A program made the translations under genes and the position numbers. Shown here piece by piece: positions 1-8,675 of a stretch of 64,000 nt of DNA (within the stretch, counting starts at the first letter, position 1; every line of letters begins with the position of its first letter). The notes under the pieces were generated by a model. That model was given only the letters and a program-made list of their open reading frames with translations. It searched no databases and was not told the DNA's origin. This stretch comes from Coriobacteriia bacterium (lineage in GTDB: Bacteria > Actinomycetota > Coriobacteriia > Anaerosomatales > JAJZPX01), in assembly GCA_036504755.1 (NCBI GenBank), contig DASXUP010000013.1, positions 8,976-72,975 on the forward strand, given 5' to 3'.

Positions 1-3000
1 CCGTAGCGGTCCGCGCCCCAGACGCGCTCGACGCTCATGCCCGGCAGCAGGTCGAGCTGCTCGTACACGGCGGCGGAGACCGCACTGTCGCTGCCCACGA
101 CGATCGCGCGGGTCGCGCCGAGGCGCGCCACCTCGGCCGGAAGGCTAGGGTACAGCGCCGACGGGGGCGTCAGCAGCAGCGGCGCGCCGTAGCTGCCCGC
201 GAGCGCGGAGGCCGACAGCGCGTCGGCGAAGCCGGTGCCGGTGGCGACCACGATCGTGGCGGCGTGCGCGAAGCGCTCCCGGGAGATGCGGATGGCGGTG
301 TCGTATCGGTTCGGCCCTTCGAGGCGCGAGATCCGCGGAGGCACGGCGAGGTAGACCTGCCGCGTGAGCGTGAGGACGTTGCCCGCGACGTCGCGGTATT
401 GCGCCGCGACCGTCTTCGTCCCGCGGCCGGCCGCCAGCGTCACGGTGGCCTGCGCGGAGTAGGGCCCCCACCCGGGCCATGTGACGCCGCCATCGCCGGA
501 GAGCCGCATCTCGATCGCGTGCGCGTCCGTGACGGCCGAGGTGACGGCTACCGAACGGAGGGTCACCTCGGCAGGGACGGTGAGAGTGCCCGCCGGCGGC
601 GTGCTGTCGACCCGGACGGTGAAGACGGGGCTCGTCCCGACGAGGCCGGCGCCGTTGGTCACCCGGAACTGCACCCGGTCCGCGGTGTCGGAGTCTCCAG
701 CGAAGGAGGCGGTCGCGGAGATGGTCTCGGTCGCGGTGCTGCCGGGAGACCCCGTCAGCGCGGCGGCCGCCCAGCCGCTCCAGGTCGCGCCGCCGTTGGA
801 GGTGCAGCGGAATTCGGCGCCCGTGGCCGCCAGGCCGCTCGTGACGTCGCGAGCCTGGACGCTCACAGACGGCGTCAGCGTGGCGCTCCACGACTCCGGC
901 TGGAAGGCGGCCCAGCGGTACGTCGGCGTGGGGAGCTGCAGCACGATCGGGCGGGACAGCTCGAGCACGTTGCCGGCGATGTCGCGGTAGCGCGCCTTGA
1001 CGGTGTAGGAGCCGTCGGCGGCCGGTATCGTCACGCTCGCGGCCGACGTGTACGGGCCCCATCCCGTCCACGTGACGCCGCCGTCGGCCGACAGCTGCAT
1101 CTGGATCGCGTGCGCGTCCGTGACGGCCGAGATGACCGGGACGGTGGTGGTCGAGACGGTGCTCGCGCCGCTGGCGAGCGTCAGCGTGCCCGTCGGAGGC
1201 GTGCTGTCGACGCGCACGGTGAAGATCGAGCTCGTCGCGATGCGGCTGCCGCCGTTGGTCACGCGGAACTGCACCCGGTCCGCCGAGTCCGAGTCGGCGG
1301 TGAAGGTAGCCGTAGCCGAGATCGTCTCGGTCGCGGTGCTGCCGGGAGACCCCGTCAGCGCGGCGACCGCCCAGCCGCTCCAGGTGGTCCCCCCGTCGGA
1401 GGTGCACCGCACCTCGGCTGTTCCCGGCGCGAGGCCCGTCGTGGCGTCGCGCGTCTCTATGCTCACCGCGGGCGTCAGCGTGGCGCACCATCCCTGCGGC
1501 TGGAAGGCGGCCCAGCCGGGCGGCGCCGGCACCGTGGCGGTGTCCGACGTCGCGCTCAGCGCGTCGTAGTAGTCGTAGACGCTGGTGGCCTGCACTCTGA
1601 TCCCGTGCGAGCCGTCGTTGATGGTCAGAACGGTGCCGGTGGCGGTCGTGGTCGACACGAGCGAGCCGTCCAGGGAGACCTCGTACACGACCGAGTGCCC
1701 GGGGACGGCGTCCCAAGCGACCGTGTAGTCACCGGGCGAGGGCGTGGCCGGGAGGTGCAGCACCGGCGCGCCTAGGTAGGGGTAGGTCGCGGTGACGCTC
1801 GCGATGGTACTCGACATGTCGAGGTATCCCCAGCCGTAGTCGCTGTTCGGCTGACCACTGCCCGCCGGGACGGCCGTGCGTTGGACGAGGTCGACGACCT
1901 GGTCGTTCGTGAGCGCCGGCACGTAGCGCCACAGGTGGGCGATAGCGCCGGCAGCCGCCGGGGTCGCCATACTCGTGCCCTGCCAGAACATGTAGCCGGC
2001 ATTCGCGGTCCCACCATCCGAGGTGTAGTAGCTCGGATGCAGCAGTCCCCAGACCATCTCACCGGGAGCCGTGATGTCGAGACCGGTGCCGTAGTTGGAG
2101 AACGAGGAGCGGAAGCGGGCCCCGGCGTTGACGCCGCCGCTGCCAACCCCTACCACGTGGCCGTATCGAGCCGGGTACATGACCCCCGTGCTCGCGCCGC
2201 TGTTGCCGCTGGCGGCCACCACCACGCAGCCCTTCCCCCAGGCGTAGTCGACGGCGGTCTGCTCGGCCGCCGAGGCGACATCGCCGCCGAGGCTGATGCT
2301 GATGACACGGCAGCCGTCGTCGGCCGCCCGGTAGATGGCCGCCGTCAGCGCCTCGCTCGTGATGCCGACCCCGTTGGCCGGGTAGCCGTAGGGGTTCGGG
2401 GTGGTGAAGACGCCGGCGACCTTGTAGACGACCGCCTGGTCGTCGTAGCCCACGCTCGCGACGCCGGTAGCGTTGTGCGTCGCCGCCGCGATCTGGCCCG
2501 CGGTGCAGGTGCCGTGCGAATCGGAGACGATGTCCGTCACCCAGCTGTACCCGTTCCACCACTTGGCGGTGTCCGGCGGCGGGCTGACGTCGTCATCCTC
2601 GTAGAAGACGCCGTTGTAGTAGTGGTCGAAGAAGTCGTGCCCTGCGACGATGTTCGCGCCGCGGTCGGGGTGAGTCAGGTAGAAGCCCGTGTCGATGACG
2701 CCCACCTTGAAGCTCCCCGCCGCAGCCCGCATCGGGAAGTCCCTCGCCGCGGGATCGCTGAATCCGTGCGCCCACGCGGCGGGCGCGTTCACGCCCGTGT
2801 CGCGCAGCCACCAGCTCTTCCCGTACGGCGAGGTGCTCGGCCCTTTCGTCCACGTCGTGGGATCGCTGTACGCGGGGTCGTCCGGAGGCACGTATGCCGC
2901 GAGCTGGCGGAGAAGTACGGGCTCGGCGTAGGCGACGTTCGGGTCCGCCTTCAGCTCGGCGATGACGTCGTCGCGCGCCCGCCCCTTCGGGACCCGCAGT

Positions 3001-3263
3001 CTTCCCAGCCGATGCGCTCGCAGCGTCAAGTCGGCGCTCGCCAGCCCATGCGCTCTCAGCGTTAGGCCCAAGCGTGCCGCCGAGGCGTCGCGGAATCCGA
3101 CGAGCACGACGTCGGGCAACGTCCCGGTCACTCCGGTAGCCGTGCGGGTCTCGGCGAGAAGGCGCGCCTGCCCTGCCGGCTCGCCGAACCCGGGTGACGG
3201 GACGCCGCCCAGAAGGACGAGCATCGCCAGCGCGCATCTGAGGGCGAGACCGCGTATCCGCAT
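1..3263 (-). CDS. Secreted subtilisin-like (peptidase S8) surface protease with tandem ~200-aa modules and C-terminal CWB2-type cell-wall-binding repeats. The 3' end runs off the window, so it is absent from the ORF track.
   Basis: My own translation of the minus frame from ATG 3263..3261, with GGAG 6 nt upstream and an in-frame TGA two codons upstream. Signal peptide MRIRGLALRCALAMLVLLGG. S8 triad motifs VGVIDTGF (Asp), SHGTCTAG (His) and GTSMATPAAAG (Ser). No listed minus-strand ORF uses this frame between 1 and 3300, consistent with one open frame reaching nt 1. The C-terminal part reads NRYDTAIRIS...VVATGTGFADALSASALAGSYGAPLLLT, which is CWB2-like. Confidence 0.8.
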   Translation of the reverse strand, partial: MRIRGLALRCALAMLVLLGGVPSPGFGEPAGQARLLAETRTATGVTGTLPDVVLVGFRDASAARLGLTLRAHGLASADLTLRAHRLGRLRVPKGRARDDVIAELKADPNVAYAEPVLLRQLAAYVPPDDPAYSDPTTWTKGPSTSPYGKSWWLRDTGVNAPAAWAHGFSDPAARDFPMRAAAGSFKVGVIDTGFYLTHPDRGANIVAGHDFFDHYYNGVFYEDDDVSPPPDTAKWWNGYSWVTDIVSDSHGTCTAGQIAAATHNATGVASVGYDDQAVVYKVAGVFTTPNPYGYPANGVGITSEALTAAIYRAADDGCRVISISLGGDVASAAEQTAVDYAWGKGCVVVAASGNSGASTGVMYPARYGHVVGVGSGGVNAGARFRSSFSNYGTGLDITAPGEMVWGLLHPSYYTSDGGTANAGYMFWQGTSMATPAAAGAIAHLWRYVPALTNDQVVDLVQRTAVPAGSGQPNSDYGWGYLDMSSTIASVTATYPYLGAPVLHLPATPSPGDYTVAWDAVPGHSVVYEVSLDGSLVSTTTATGTVLTINDGSHGIRVQATSVYDYYDALSATSDTATVPAPPGWAAFQPQGWCATLTPAVSIETRDATTGLAPGTAEVRCTSDGGTTWSGWAVAALTGSPGSTATETISATATFTADSDSADRVQFRVTNGGSRIATSSIFTVRVDSTPPTGTLTLASGASTVSTTTVPVISAVTDAHAIQMQLSADGGVTWTGWGPYTSAASVTIPAADGSYTVKARYRDIAGNVLELSRPIVLQLPTPTYRWAAFQPESWSATLTPSVSVQARDVTSGLAATGAEFRCTSNGGATWSGWAAAALTGSPGSTATETISATASFAGDSDTADRVQFRVTNGAGLVGTSPVFTVRVDSTPPAGTLTVPAEVTLRSVAVTSAVTDAHAIEMRLSGDGGVTWPGWGPYSAQATVTLAAGRGTKTVAAQYRDVAGNVLTLTRQVYLAVPPRISRLEGPNRYDTAIRISRERFAHAATIVVATGTGFADALSASALAGSYGAPLLLTPPSALYPSLPAEVARLGATRAIVVGSDSAVSAAVYEQLDLLPGMSVERVWGADRY
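300..1520 (-). repeat. Two tandem coding repeats (period about 591-600 bp) inside the S8 protease gene
   Basis: ggctggaaggcggcccagc occurs at 898 and 1498. atc/ggtctcggtcgcggtgctgccgggagaccccgtcagcgcggcg.ccgcccagccgctccaggt occurs at about 721 and about 1321. gtgacgccgcc...gatcgcgtgcgcgtccgtgacggccgag occurs at about 481 and about 1072. The protein units share AAFQP..W.ATLTP.VS...RD.T.GLA..GAE.RCTS.GG.TWSGWA.AALTGSPGSTATETISATA...DSD.ADRVQFRVTNG. Confidence 0.75.
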
Positions 3264-3430
3264 GTGTCACTCCACGGGCCAAGGACGAACAGGGCTCTAC
3301 CGAGGATAGACCTCCCGACTCGCATCGGCGACCTCGGCCGTCACCACGAGGACCGCGATCACGAACCTGGCGGCGTGTCGGACCGTTCTGCTAGCGTGGG
3401 GCGTAGGGGAACCAGACGGGGGAGGGCTCG

Positions 3431-4213
3431 ATGAACGACTTCTGGTCGGCGTGGCCGTGGCCGCTCGCCACTGCGCTGCTGGGGTTCGTGTTCACGTGGC
3501 TGGTGTTCAGACAATGGCTCGCGCGGCGCAAGCCGCACCAGCTCGCGTGGACGGTGGGTCTGCTCTTCTACTCTGTCGCGGCGGTGATGGAGTCCTGGTC
3601 GGAGTACGTCCAGCACTGGGACCCGACGGTGTATCGCGTCTACATCGTGCTGGCCGCGTCGCTCGTGGGCTTCCTCGGCCTGGGGTCGCTCTATCTCATC
3701 GTGCACCGCCGCGTCTGGGGGCATGTCTACCTGACGTTCAACCTGGTGTGCATGGCCGTCTTCCTGTACGGCACGTTCACGACGCCTCTGCGCGGCCGCC
3801 TCGCCGCGGGCATCACCGTAGGGGGGTCCGCTCTGGGCGCGGCCACGTCGTTCCCGCGGATCATGTCGCTGCCCTTCAACATCCCCGGCTCGTTCTTCCT
3901 TCTCGGGGGCGCCCTGCTGTCCGTGTGGCGTTTCGCGGGCAAGAGGGAGTATCGCTACCGGATGTGGGCGAACGTCCTCATCGCGCTGGGCACCGTCGTC
4001 ATCGCGTTCGTGGGCGGCAAGGCGCGTGCGGGTTCCACGGTCGGGCTCTACCCCGCCGAGATGGTCGCCTCGGCGCTGCTCCTGTGGGGCTTCCTGCTGG
4101 CGGGCACGCTCGAGAAGGGGGCGCGCGCCGCCGGCGCGGCGAGACGCGCCTCCCGGGTCCCGGAGACGATGGCGCCCGCCGACGAAGCGCCCCCGCCCGC
4201 CGAGGCACGCTGA
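3431..4213 (+). CDS. Hypothetical polytopic membrane protein
   Basis: 260-aa ORF with several hydrophobic helices (WPWPLATALLGFVFTWLVF, LLFYSVAAVMESW, YIVLAASLVGFLGLGSLYLIV and others). Its composition looks coding, unlike the overlapping Arg/Pro-rich frames. It is divergent from the protease gene. Confidence 0.6.
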   Translation: MNDFWSAWPWPLATALLGFVFTWLVFRQWLARRKPHQLAWTVGLLFYSVAAVMESWSEYVQHWDPTVYRVYIVLAASLVGFLGLGSLYLIVHRRVWGHVYLTFNLVCMAVFLYGTFTTPLRGRLAAGITVGGSALGAATSFPRIMSLPFNIPGSFFLLGGALLSVWRFAGKREYRYRMWANVLIALGTVVIAFVGGKARAGSTVGLYPAEMVASALLLWGFLLAGTLEKGARAAGAARRASRVPETMAPADEAPPPAEAR

Positions 4214-4278
4214 CCGCAGCGCGCCGCGCCGCCGCCGACGGGTATGTAGCATCCGTCGGGCTTCTCTTGGAGGCGACC

Positions 4279-4647
4279 GTGGGCGTGCGCGTCAAGCGGG
4301 TGTACGAGGAGCCGTCTGCCCAGGACGGATATCGGGTGCTCGTCGACCGGCTCTGGCCGCGCGGGCTCACGAAAGAGCGGGCGCGGGTCGACCTGTGGCT
4401 CCGGGACATCGCGCCGAGCACGGACCTCAGGCAGTGGTACGGGCACGACGAGGCCAAGTGGCCCGCCTTCTCCGAGCGGTACCGGGGTGAGCTGGAACGC
4501 CACGGCGAGTTGCTGGACCTGCTCCAAGACCTCGACCGGGAGCACCGCACTCTCACACTGCTCTTCGCCGCGCGGGACGAGGCGCACAACGAAGCCGACG
4601 TGCTGGCCGAGGTGCTTCAGCGGCGCCCGGCTCACTCCCATCGTTGA
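4279..4647 (+). CDS. DUF488 (YeaO-like) family protein
   Basis: GTG 4279 is preceded by GGAGG. Translation VKRVYEEPSAQDGYRVLVDRLWPRGLTKERARVDLWLRDIAPSTDLRQWYGHDEAKWPAFSERYRGEL...LLFAARDEAHNEADVL matches my recollection of the DUF488/YeaO consensus. It is the C-terminal third of track ORF 3451..4647. Confidence 0.8.
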   Translation: MGVRVKRVYEEPSAQDGYRVLVDRLWPRGLTKERARVDLWLRDIAPSTDLRQWYGHDEAKWPAFSERYRGELERHGELLDLLQDLDREHRTLTLLFAARDEAHNEADVLAEVLQRRPAHSHR

Positions 4648-4664
4648 CGGGACGGCGTCCGACG

Positions 4665-6923
4665 ATGCGCCTCGGCCTGCGCCAGAAACTGGTCGTCCTA
4701 GTACTGGTGATCCTCGTCCCGCTGCTGGTGCTGCTCGCGTTCGATCTGTACCGCTTCTTCAGCCTGCTCGAGAAGGATCAGTTGACCGCGCACGTGCGGG
4801 ACGCTCAGATCGTGGGCACGAGCCTCGACCGCCTGATGCACGAGCTGGCACAGGTCAGCAAGACGGCCGGGCTCGCGGTGGTGGACAGGGGACCGGAGGC
4901 GGCCTCGGCGGAGTCCTACCTGGCTCTCGTGCGGACGCACGTGCCGGTGAGCAACGTCGCCGTGCTCGACTTGCGCGGGCTCGTCCGAGCCTCGGGCATC
5001 CCGGGCATCGTTGGTCGTGACTTCGCGGGAGAGCCGGGGTTCCGTGCGGTGCTCTCCGGAGCGCCCGTGGCGGTGAGCGACATGAGGCGCAACGCGAGCG
5101 GGAACCTCGGCTTCGTCGTCTTCACGGCGGTGCAGCGCGACGGCAAGCTGCTCGCCGTGACCGGCGCCGCGGTGGACGCGCGCGATCTCGGGGAGGTCGT
5201 TCCGTCCAGCGTGTCGCACGAGGCCCTCATCATCACCGACAGTCGCGGGTCCCTCATGTACAGCAACCGCCCCGAGCTGGCCAGGCTGACGGAGCAGCAG
5301 CGGCGCGACCTCGTCTCTCCCGGCGTCACCGAGGCGCTGGGAGGGCGCACGTACACGACCAGGTCGACGCGGCTGCCGCTCCTGGACGGCCAGTGGCTCG
5401 GTGCGGAGGTACCTGTCGGCACGACCGGATGGAGCGTCGGGCTCTTCGACTCGTCGGGCTCCGCGCTGGCGGCCATCAGCGACGAGGCGTACCTCACCGC
5501 CGCGGTCACGGCCGCCGTCATCGCGGTCTCGCTGCTCGCCGCCCGGCGATACGGATCCGCGATCACCGACCCGGTGGAGCATCTCATCGCCGTGACGGGC
5601 GAGATCGAGCGAGGCCGCTTCGACGCCGAGGTGCCCGTCACGACGCACGACGAGATCGGGGAGCTGGCGCTCAACTTCCGCAGGATGCAGGACAGCCTCA
5701 AGCACACGATAGGCGACGTGCAGCTGCTCGCCGATTCCGCGCGATGGATGTCGAGCACGCTCGATCTCGATTCCGTCGGACACGCGGCCGCCGACTACCT
5801 CGATCGTGTCCTGGGCGCCCGGGCCGTCGCGATCGTCCTGTCCGCCGACGGCAGGCCCGAGGGGACGCGGTTGATCGCTCCTCGGATGAGCGCTCAGGCG
5901 GCCGAGGAGCTCGCGGCCGCCGGTGCGGACGTCGCCGCGAGACTCGACATCCAGCATCGGGGATACGCGATCGTCGGGATAGAGCCCGGGCGAGCACTCG
6001 CCGCCGCGGTCCCGGGCGCGACGACGCTGGTCGTGCTGCCGCTCGTGGTGAACCGGAAGCTGATCGGCCGCATCGACGCCCTGGTGGGGCCGGGAGCGCA
6101 GCGCCGCGAGTTCGAGCGCGCGGACGTCCCGCTGGCCGCGAGCCTCGCTCAGCAGGTGGCGCAGGCCGCGGCGAACGCGCGGCTGTTCGAGCAGCAGCGC
6201 ACGATCGCGGACACGCTCCAGGACTCGCTGCTCACGGAGCCGTACCGCATCCCGGAGCTCGACATCGGCCTTATCTACCATCAGGCCACCGTCGGGGGGC
6301 GGATCGGCGGCGACTTCTACGACTTCATCCCCATCGGCTCGAACAGGACGGCGATAGTCATCGGCGACATCACGGGCAAGGGCCTGGACGCCGCGCGCTA
6401 CACCACCATCGGCAAGGGCGCCATCCGCGCGTTCGCTCTGGAGGATCCCGACCCGGCGTCGGTCCTCGGCCGGGCGAGCCGGGTGATCCACGAGCAGCTT
6501 GGCGCGGAGAACTTCATAACCGCTGTGTACATGCTGATCGACCTCGAACAGGGAAGTCTGTCGTACGCGGTCGCGGGACATCCGCCGCCGCTGCTGAGGC
6601 GGAAGGCGGGCAAGATCGAGCTACTGGGCGAGGGCGGCCTCCCCCTCGGCATCGAGGCCTCGGAGGAGTATGCGGACGGCACGGCGTGCATGGAGCCCGG
6701 CGACCGGCTGCTGCTCTACACCGACGGGTTGAGCGAGGCGCGGCGAGGCAAGGAGCTGTTCGGGATAGAGAGGACCGCCGGGGCGTTCGAGGCGTTCGAT
6801 GGCTTGCCGGTGCGCGACATCGCCTCGGGTATCGCCGAGGCGGCCATCGCGTTCGCGGGGGGACAGTTGCAGGACGACCTCGCCATCATCGTGATGGAGC
6901 GGTGCGACCTCTCGCGCGCCTAG
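4665..6923 (+). CDS. Membrane sensor serine phosphatase: extracytoplasmic sensor domain, HAMP, GAF and a PP2C/SpoIIE (RsbU-like) domain
   Basis: N-terminal TM segment LVVLVLVILVPLLVLLAF and a second TM segment AAVTAAVIAVSLLAA. HAMP-like DPVEHLIAVTGEIERGRFDAEVPVTTHDEIGELALNFRRM. PP2C motifs IGGDFYDFIP, VIGDITGKGLDAARY, LLLYTDGLSEAR and DDLAIIVM. The start could also be TTG 4644, which overlaps the DUF488 stop. Confidence 0.85.
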   Translation: MRLGLRQKLVVLVLVILVPLLVLLAFDLYRFFSLLEKDQLTAHVRDAQIVGTSLDRLMHELAQVSKTAGLAVVDRGPEAASAESYLALVRTHVPVSNVAVLDLRGLVRASGIPGIVGRDFAGEPGFRAVLSGAPVAVSDMRRNASGNLGFVVFTAVQRDGKLLAVTGAAVDARDLGEVVPSSVSHEALIITDSRGSLMYSNRPELARLTEQQRRDLVSPGVTEALGGRTYTTRSTRLPLLDGQWLGAEVPVGTTGWSVGLFDSSGSALAAISDEAYLTAAVTAAVIAVSLLAARRYGSAITDPVEHLIAVTGEIERGRFDAEVPVTTHDEIGELALNFRRMQDSLKHTIGDVQLLADSARWMSSTLDLDSVGHAAADYLDRVLGARAVAIVLSADGRPEGTRLIAPRMSAQAAEELAAAGADVAARLDIQHRGYAIVGIEPGRALAAAVPGATTLVVLPLVVNRKLIGRIDALVGPGAQRREFERADVPLAASLAQQVAQAAANARLFEQQRTIADTLQDSLLTEPYRIPELDIGLIYHQATVGGRIGGDFYDFIPIGSNRTAIVIGDITGKGLDAARYTTIGKGAIRAFALEDPDPASVLGRASRVIHEQLGAENFITAVYMLIDLEQGSLSYAVAGHPPPLLRRKAGKIELLGEGGLPLGIEASEEYADGTACMEPGDRLLLYTDGLSEARRGKELFGIERTAGAFEAFDGLPVRDIASGIAEAAIAFAGGQLQDDLAIIVMERCDLSRA

Positions 6924-7707
6924 GGAACGTCTCCGTGAAGGCGCCGTCGCCTGCGGAGTCCCGCACGGTGACCTCGATCGCGTCGCGCGTGACGCGCAGC
7001 AGGTTGTACGAGGGTGCGCTCTCGCCGCGCGTGCGGTGCGACGCCGCCGTGCCGCTGGTGACCACCAGGAGTTCCGCCACCGGCCACGAGTAGGGCACGT
7101 GCTTGTGCCCGGCGAGCACCAGGTCGACCTCGGCGTCTCGAAGCGCCTCCAGGACGTCTCCGGCGTCCCACACGACGTTCCGCTCTCGTCCCGTGCGGGG
7201 GATGCTGACGAGGTGGTGGTGGAGCACGAAGAGCTTGAACGTGTCGCCTTCACCGAACTCGTCCCGGATGCGCGCCGTCTTCTCGCGGCCGATCTCCCCG
7301 TCGTTCAGGTCCGGGATGTTCGAGTCGACCGCCAGCACCTTCAGTCTCCCGTTGCGCCCGTCGGGTGGGAAGTCGCAGGTGACGCACGTGTTGCGGGTGC
7401 CGACTATCCGCTCGAAGAGCCGGTCTCCGACGTTGCGGCAATCGTGGTTCCCCGCGATCACCACGCGCCGCGGGCACTCGATGAGATCGAGATAGGCGAC
7501 GAACTCGCGGAACTGCTCGGCGTATCCCATGGCGGTCAGGTCGCCCGGCACGATGACGAGGTCCGGTAGCGCCTCGTTGACCTCGCGCACGACGCGCAGC
7601 ATCAGCTTCTCGTCGAAGCGCGGATCGCCGCAGTGGACGTCCGAGAGCTGCGCGATGACGTATCCCGGTGCCCGAGCGGGCACGGCCGCTCCTTCCGTCG
7701 CCCTCAT
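6886..7707 (-). CDS. Calcineurin-like metallophosphoesterase
   Basis: ATG 7707 is in frame with track ORF 6886..8460. Motifs QLSDVHCG, VPGDLT, IAGNHD, LHHHL and LAGHKHV. The upstream 250 codons of the track ORF are antisense to the response-regulator gene and were rejected. Confidence 0.8.
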   Translation of the reverse strand: MRATEGAAVPARAPGYVIAQLSDVHCGDPRFDEKLMLRVVREVNEALPDLVIVPGDLTAMGYAEQFREFVAYLDLIECPRRVVIAGNHDCRNVGDRLFERIVGTRNTCVTCDFPPDGRNGRLKVLAVDSNIPDLNDGEIGREKTARIRDEFGEGDTFKLFVLHHHLVSIPRTGRERNVVWDAGDVLEALRDAEVDLVLAGHKHVPYSWPVAELLVVTSGTAASHRTRGESAPSYNLLRVTRDAIEVTVRDSAGDGAFTETFPRRARGRTAPSR

Positions 7708-7818
7708 GGAGCTTCTTCCCAGGTAGGCGCCGTGCGTGTCGGCGCGAGGCCGCTGCGTTTGCCGGTATCTCCCTCGGGGAATCAAGACGGCCTCGGAGCC
7801 TACGAGAGGGGGGTAGCC

Positions 7819-7968
7819 ATGTTGTGGACGCTGTTCGTGATCCTGCTGGTGCTGTGGCTGCTGGGAGTGATCTCGGGAACCACGCTCGGCGGCTTCGTCC
7901 ACCTGCTGCTCGTGCTGGCGATCGTGGTGCTCGTCATCGAGCTCCTCACCGGCCGACGCGTCGTCTAG
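7819..7968 (+). CDS. Small lmo0937-family membrane protein (49 aa)
   Basis: ATG 7819 follows GAGAGGGGGG. MLWTLFVILLVLWLLGVISGTTLGGFVHLLLVLAIVVLVIELLTGRRVV matches the lmo0937-type small membrane protein pattern as I recall it. Confidence 0.7.
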   Translation: MLWTLFVILLVLWLLGVISGTTLGGFVHLLLVLAIVVLVIELLTGRRVV

Positions 7969-8675
7969 GCGCCGCCGTCGAGGCGGAAGCCGACTCCGGG
8001 TTCCGTGAGGACATAGCGCGGGATGTCGCCCGGCGCTTCGATCTTGTGCCGCAGATGAGAGACGTGCACGCGCAGCGTCTGTGAGTCGCCCGCGTATTCC
8101 GGTCCCCACACGGTCTCGAGCAGCATCCGCGACGTCACCACCCGGTCGGCATTGCGGGCGAGCAGCGCGAGGATGTCGAACTCGATCCGCGTCAGGCGCA
8201 CTTGCTCCCCCCGCACGGTCACCTCCCGCCTGCCGAAGTCGATGCACAGCTCGCGGGTGCGGAACTCTCCGGCCGAGGTGTCCGCGCCCGCCGTCCGCCT
8301 CAGCAGAGCCCGGATGCGGGCTAGGAGCTCGCCCGTCGAGAACGGCTTCGTCAGGTAGTCGTCCGCGCCGAGGTCCAGCGCGGCGATCTTGTCCTCGTCG
8401 CCGCTGCGGACCGACAGCACGAGGATCGGCCCGCGGTACCACTCGCGCAGCCGGCGGCACGCCTCCAGCCCGCTCATCCCCGGCAGCGACAGGTCGAGGA
8501 TGATCAGGTCGGGCGTCCGCGCGGCGGTGAGCTCGAGCGCCTCCTCGCCCGAAGCCGCAAGCTCTACCTCGTAGTGGCGCACCTGCAGCACCGAGCGGAG
8601 GGCGCGGCGTATCTGCTCCTCGTCGTCGACGATCAGAACGAGTGCCGAGCGTTCGGGCGAGCCCACCGTCATCAC
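7965..8675 (-). CDS. OmpR-family response regulator, KdpE-like
   Basis: Receiver motifs LIVDDE, DLIILDLSLPGMSG and ADDYLTKPF. Winged-helix motifs RIEFDILALLARN, LRVHVSHLRHKIE and GVGFRL. The start (GTG 8675 or ATG 8672) overlaps the kinase stop codon. Confidence 0.9.
   Translation of the reverse strand: MMTVGSPERSALVLIVDDEEQIRRALRSVLQVRHYEVELAASGEEALELTAARTPDLIILDLSLPGMSGLEACRRLREWYRGPILVLSVRSGDEDKIAALDLGADDYLTKPFSTGELLARIRALLRRTAGADTSAGEFRTRELCIDFGRREVTVRGEQVRLTRIEFDILALLARNADRVVTSRMLLETVWGPEYAGDSQTLRVHVSHLRHKIEAPGDIPRYVLTEPGVGFRLDGGA

Noticed and set aside
145-3282. Track ORFs 145..1716(-), 264..1775(+), 1881..3065(+), 2593..3282(-) and others covering the left end
   Set aside because: Their translations are Arg/Gly/Pro/Ala-rich and low in complexity, with no motifs. 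They overlap the minus-strand frame that encodes a complete S8 protease with a signal peptide and a catalytic triad. These are typical off-frame or antisense open frames of high-GC DNA.
3451-4647. 398-aa ORF spanning the membrane-protein gene and DUF488
   Set aside because: Only the last 122 codons, from GTG 4279 with a ribosome-binding site, look like a real protein (DUF488). The upstream part is an alternative frame of the membrane-protein gene 3431..4213.
7965-7968. The palindrome CTAG supplies the stop codons of two convergent genes (TAG on both strands)
   Set aside because: It is real in the sequence but is a trivial consequence of convergent 4-nt overlap. No functional implication can be supported.
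6886-8460. 524-aa ORF extending the metallophosphoesterase upstream
   Set aside because: The N-terminal 250 codons are antisense to the small membrane protein gene and the response-regulator gene and are Arg/Pro-rich. The conserved phosphoesterase starts at ATG 7707.
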